Shown here: positions 59,400-64,000 of the stretch, one piece after another
How positions within the stretch are numbered: the first letter of the stretch is position 1
Layout of the letters: every line of letters begins with the position of its first letter
Source: Squalus acanthias
Lineage: Eukaryota
DNA: 64,000 nt
Direction: 5' to 3'
NCBI GenBank assembly: GCA_030390025.1
Contig: CM059432.1
Span: 61,072,001-61,136,000 of the forward strand
Program-made: the position numbers and the translations under genes
The notes under the pieces: generated by a model
What the model saw: only the letters and a program-made list of their open reading frames with translations
Database searches by the model: none
Told to the model about the DNA's origin: nothing

Positions 59400-61104
59400 T
59401 TTTTTAAAAAACACAACACTTAAACATAGCTCAATTCCAAAATCCTTCACGTGAAAAATACTGAAACAGGATAAAGTGCATATTGGGAATTTAAACATGG
59501 AGGGAAGGAGGCTCCGTGGGATTTTCCATGCAGAATTAATAAGCTATAATACCAAGAGTATAGCATCCTTTTGATACACATGTACATATGCCAAAATAAA
59601 AATTCTATAACATTTGTTATACTATTGTATATGACTATTCACATATTCAAAAAATAAATAAAATAAAAATTGTCACAAAACCATTACCAATTCCCATCAT
59701 GGTAAAATTACTTTCATACATAATTGAGTGCTGACCTTCTATAGTTAGGCCCATAAGAAGCAGCTGAATGTGCCATATGACTGAATCATCTGGCTAGACA
59801 CACTTTGGCCCTGATATTTTGATTAGGACCAAGGCGGAAGTGCGGTGGATCTTCGGTTGGGATGCCATCTCATCTGCACCAAAAAAATAAATTCTAGTGG
59901 CAGGCAGGGGTGAATTTTCTGCTAACCCCCATGTCAAAATGGAGGATATACCTGGAGTAGTTTCAGATCTACCATGAGAATTTTTTCTACTGGGTCCTTA
60001 TTGGGCCTCCTCTCCGCCTTCAGAGCAGCATGGCATTGCTCCAACATTTCTGCCAATAGTTGGGGGCAGAAGCCGCAACTGGCAAGAAGCATTCAACTCC
60101 AGTATGCAAATGACTCCATCCCCCTAATTTGGAACGGGGTCTGGGCGGCGTACTAGCTCAGTCCATTCCACCACTCTTCCGACAGCAGAGTGGATGTACA
60201 AGAACTTCAGGGCCTTAATCTCTGCCTGCACACACACACAGGCTCTCTTACACTGTAGTTATACTGCACATTTAGTATCAGTGTCACAACAGTATTTGCA
60301 TTGCACCAATGCTAAATGTGTGGTATAATATTACCAATTTTGCAATGATGCAAAATAAGATGGTAGCAGCACTGATGCCACTTGAAATATGTGGTTTCAC
60401 ACCTATAGTGCTGTACGACAACTTTTGTAGAACAGTAGCCCATGGAGTGTGGAAGGAAACAGTCCACAATGCACTTCACAGTATATGTTGAGTCACACAT
60501 GTGTGCTAGTGCTCACGCATAAAACTCCTGCGGTCCCAATTTTTAAACCAAGTGATGCAAGCGGACAGCATAAATCTACACTGTTCACTCACACCATTCC
60601 AAAAATAGTTAGAGTACTGCACTGGTGCTGGCAGGAAAGCAAGAACATAAATTACACTTTTTTGTAAGCATTTAATCCTGTATAGGAAACAGTCTCAGGA
60701 TCGTTTGTGAAGCATAAAGTCAGTTTCAGGTTAGGTTCACAACCCAAGGAGGTTGACAGCGCAGCACATTTGTTGAATCGGAGGATTTGAATTACTGAAT
60801 CAGTGTTGAGTCTGCAGCAATTTAAAGCTGAGTTGACTGCTAATCAGGCAGTTACTCATGGACATTTGTCAGAACAAACTGAGTTTTACTGCTTCAGCAT
60901 TCCAATGACAGAAAGGTAATTTTATACCATATACAATAAAGTATACACAGGTGGTACATTATTCCAATAACACATCACTTGGGCATACTCCCCATGTGTG
61001 CTATAAACCAAATAAAGAATATGCAGGCAATGATTTATGGGAAAATACATCACTTGTGACACTGAACCTGGTACCTATCTGAAACAGTGTGTCCAGTGTC
61101 ACTT

Positions 61105-62035
61105 GACAAATCAACACTGCTTGTCTGACATTCAATCTTGGATAAGCCACAATTTCATCCTGTTCAACATTGGGAAGACTCAAGCCATCGTCTTTGGCCC
61201 CCACCACAAACTCTGTACCCTTACCACCAATTCCATTCCCATCCCTGGCCACGGTCTCAGGTTGAACCAGACTGTTCATAATGTCAGCATCATATTTGAC
61301 CCCAAGCGAGCTTCCAACTCCATATCCTCAATATCCAAAGACTTCCTACTTCCACGTCCGTAGCATTGCCTGTCCCTGCCCCTGCCTCAGCTCATCTGCT
61401 GCTGAAACACTGATCCATGTCTCTATCACCTCCAAACTCAACTATTCTAATGCTCTCCTGGCTGGCTTAGCATCCTCCACCCTGCAACTCATCCAAAACT
61501 CTGATGCCCATATCTTATCCCGCACTAAGACCTGCTCACCCATCACTGCTGTCCTTCCTGAACTACGTTGTCTCCTGTTCCTCAAAGCCTCAATGCCCCA
61601 ACATTCTCATTCTTGTGTTTAAGTCTTTCAATGACTTCACCCCTTCCTATCTCTGTAACCTCCTCCAGCTCTACAATACCACCCCCCGCTCCCCTACCAC
61701 CTCCCCCCCACCCCACCCCCGCCACAGAACTCTGCATTCCTCCGACTCTGGCTTCTTGTCCATCCCCCCTCCCTGCACACCACTATTGTCACCCATGCCT
61801 TCAGGTGTCTAGGCCTAATGCTCTGTAATTCCCTCCCTACACCTCTCTGCCTCTCCACCTCCCCTCACCTGCCTTAAGACCTTCTGTAAAATCTACCTCT
61901 TTCACCAAGCTTTTAGTCCCCCTTCCTAATATCTCCTTTGGCTTGAAGTCTATTTTTGTCTGATTATGCCTCTGTGACATGACTTGAGACATTTTTCTAC
62001 ACTAAAGACACTACATAAATCCAAGTTGTGGTTGA
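61105..62035 (+). mobile_element. L2 LINE 3' fragment
   Basis: CLSDIQSWISHNFILFNIGKTQAIVFG; ETLIHVSITSKLNYSNALLAG; L2 tail. Confidence 0.85.
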
Positions 62036-62379
62036 CAAGGCAATAAAATCTCCATATTAGGCTGAATAGGGGCCATTTTTGCCACAGTAAAAATGGGAAT
62101 CCTGACAAAAGTATTGCTATTGTACTATAGGGTATGCCCCTTCTCCAGCCCCTGGTTTTATTAAATGTTATATTTTGTCAATTTGTGAATACATGATTGG
62201 TGATTGTAATAATTTGAGTAGTGTATTTTTAAATCAGTTCCAAAAATGGATAAAAATAAAAATAAAGAAGCTTAATATTCTGAAGAGTAACTGAAAAGTT
62301 CTTGGAACTGTTTTAAATAATTACAGTCTTACATCTGTAGCACTGGGTAATTGATTTCGATCTTTGATTCATTGATTTT

Positions 62380-62838
62380 TTTAAATTCATTCATGGGATG
62401 TGGGCTTCGCTGGCAAGGCCAGCATTTATTGCCCATCCCTAATTGCCCTTGAGAAGGTGGTGTTGAGCCGCCTTCTTGAACCGCTGTAGTCCGTGTGGTG
62501 AAGGTACTACAGCGCTGTTAGGTAGGGAGTTCCAGGATTTCGATCCAGCGACGATGAAGAAACAGTGATATATTTCCAAGTCAGGATGGTTTGTGACTTG
62601 GAGGGGAACCTGGAGGTGGTGGTATTCGCATGCGCCTGCTGCCCTTGTCCTTCTAGGTGGTTGAGGTTGCGGGTTTGGGAGGTGCTATCGAAGAACCCTT
62701 GGCGAGTTGCATCTTGTAGATAGTACACACTGCTGACATGGTGCACCAATGGTGGAGGGATTGAATGTTTAAGGTGGTGGCTGGGGTGCCAATCAAGTGG
62801 GCTGCTTTGTCCTGGATGGTGTCGAGCTTCTTGAGTGA
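62380..62838 (-). mobile_element. 3' end of a non-LTR retrotransposon (clade unresolved); likely partner of the SINE at 18565
   Basis: Minus strand reads LKKLDTIQDKAAHLIG...IQSLHH; ends CCCACATCCCATGAATGAAT. Confidence 0.7.
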
Positions 62839-63669
62839 GTATGAGTAGGTATCATCCTGAGTTCTTTATGTTTTGATTGGTTATTTATGGATGAGAGTAG
62901 CTGTCATTATATATCTGTGATACAAAAGTCATGCTGTGAATCTTTAGATAAGCCAATTATCATATGAACTGTCACCGATGTAAAGGAATGCTGTGCATAA
63001 TTTTACCATTGACCAGTCAAATTCTGTCACACAAGTATACACTTATGAAATCAAAATCCTAATTTTGCTTTACTATATATTACTTCAAAATGGAACTGCA
63101 GAGTAACAAATTAATCACCTTAATGGAAACTCCACTGGCCAGTTTTTGTCACAGTTTTCACTACAAGTGCATTCAATAAATAGAGTTGAGGTAAAGATCA
63201 GCTATGATCTGATGGAATAGTGGAACAGACTCGAGGGGCTGAATGGCCTGCTCCTGTTCCTATGTTCCTAGTAGTAATGGCACACTAATGCCAAAACTTC
63301 CCAGCCTTCTGTCATAGGACCCAATAGCACCATTGTGGCATTGATTCTGTTGTAAATTGTGGGGTCAGCTAATGCAAACAGGCAAAGGGATGCAGTCTGT
63401 GTAATACAATAAGCCGGGGCGGAGTGGGATAGAGGAAGTAGGGGTACAGGGGGATGGGGGTGGCTAAAGACCAGAAAATCCTTGAAGGAGAGGCAGAGAC
63501 CTGGTGCAATGGCAGGATATATACCCTGCTGCTGCTTAAAGGGGCAATGGAAGCACTGAAAGAAACAGGTAACATGGTCAACAAAGATGGCAGCCAGATC
63601 GAAGAAATAAGTGGCAAAGTTCAGGGAGCTGAAAGCAGATGTCCTTGTAAGAGAGATACAGAACACTAA

Positions 63670-64000
63670 TTCTGGGTAATCTTATACCCTCATTTCAAAC
63701 CCTTCAACCACTGGAAACAGTCCCATCTCTTCATAATTTTAAACAGCTCTATCAAATCACCCTGTAATCTTCCCTGTTCTAATGAAAACAGCCTCAATTT
63801 TCAATTCTTTCTTTGTATTTTTTATTTCGTCATAACAGGCAGCATCCTAGTGAATCTGCACTACACCGTCTCTATTGCTTCAAGATTCTTCCTATATTGT
63901 GGAGCCCAAAATTGCACGCAGTACTCCACCTGTGGTCTTGCTAAGGTATTATATAGATTCACCATTACATCTTGCCTTTTATTTTTGATACCACTTGCAA
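63670..64000 (-). mobile_element. Decayed CR1 LINE fragment
   Basis: Minus strand reads NLYNTLARPQVEYCVQFWAPQYRKN. Confidence 0.75.

Noticed and set aside
63268..63669. 132-aa and 71-aa ORFs
   Set aside because: No domain signal; they lie between CR1 fragments and are probably decayed repeat sequence.

Overview
Eukaryotic, repeat-dense vertebrate DNA. The mix of CR1 and L2 LINEs, Deu-domain SINEs, Penelope tails and Harbinger elements suggests a cartilaginous fish (inference). The only host-gene sequence I can support is one 305-nt coding exon of a NOL4/NOL4L-family gene on the minus strand (50998-51302), so most of the window is probably intron. At the left end, an intact Ty3/Gypsy element (409-4849) is inserted into the RT gene of a CsRn1-like Gypsy. 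It has identical 194-bp LTRs, a 5-bp TSD and one 1318-aa gag-pol ORF. It lacks a tRNA primer-binding site; instead an 11-nt segment after the 5' LTR is complementary to its own LTR, a Tf1-style self-priming signature, and its RT motif is YLDN rather than YxDD. The rest holds PIF/Harbinger transposons: two full-length two-gene copies (a spliced Myb/SANT gene convergent with a DDE transposase), three deleted copies, several MITEs and an older transposase relic that was hit twice. There are also two Penelope foldback insertions with hammerhead-ribozyme cores, two copies of a pogo/Tigger-like MITE, a fragmented old Gypsy, and many LINE/SINE fragments. Family names come from motif recognition only; no database search was run.
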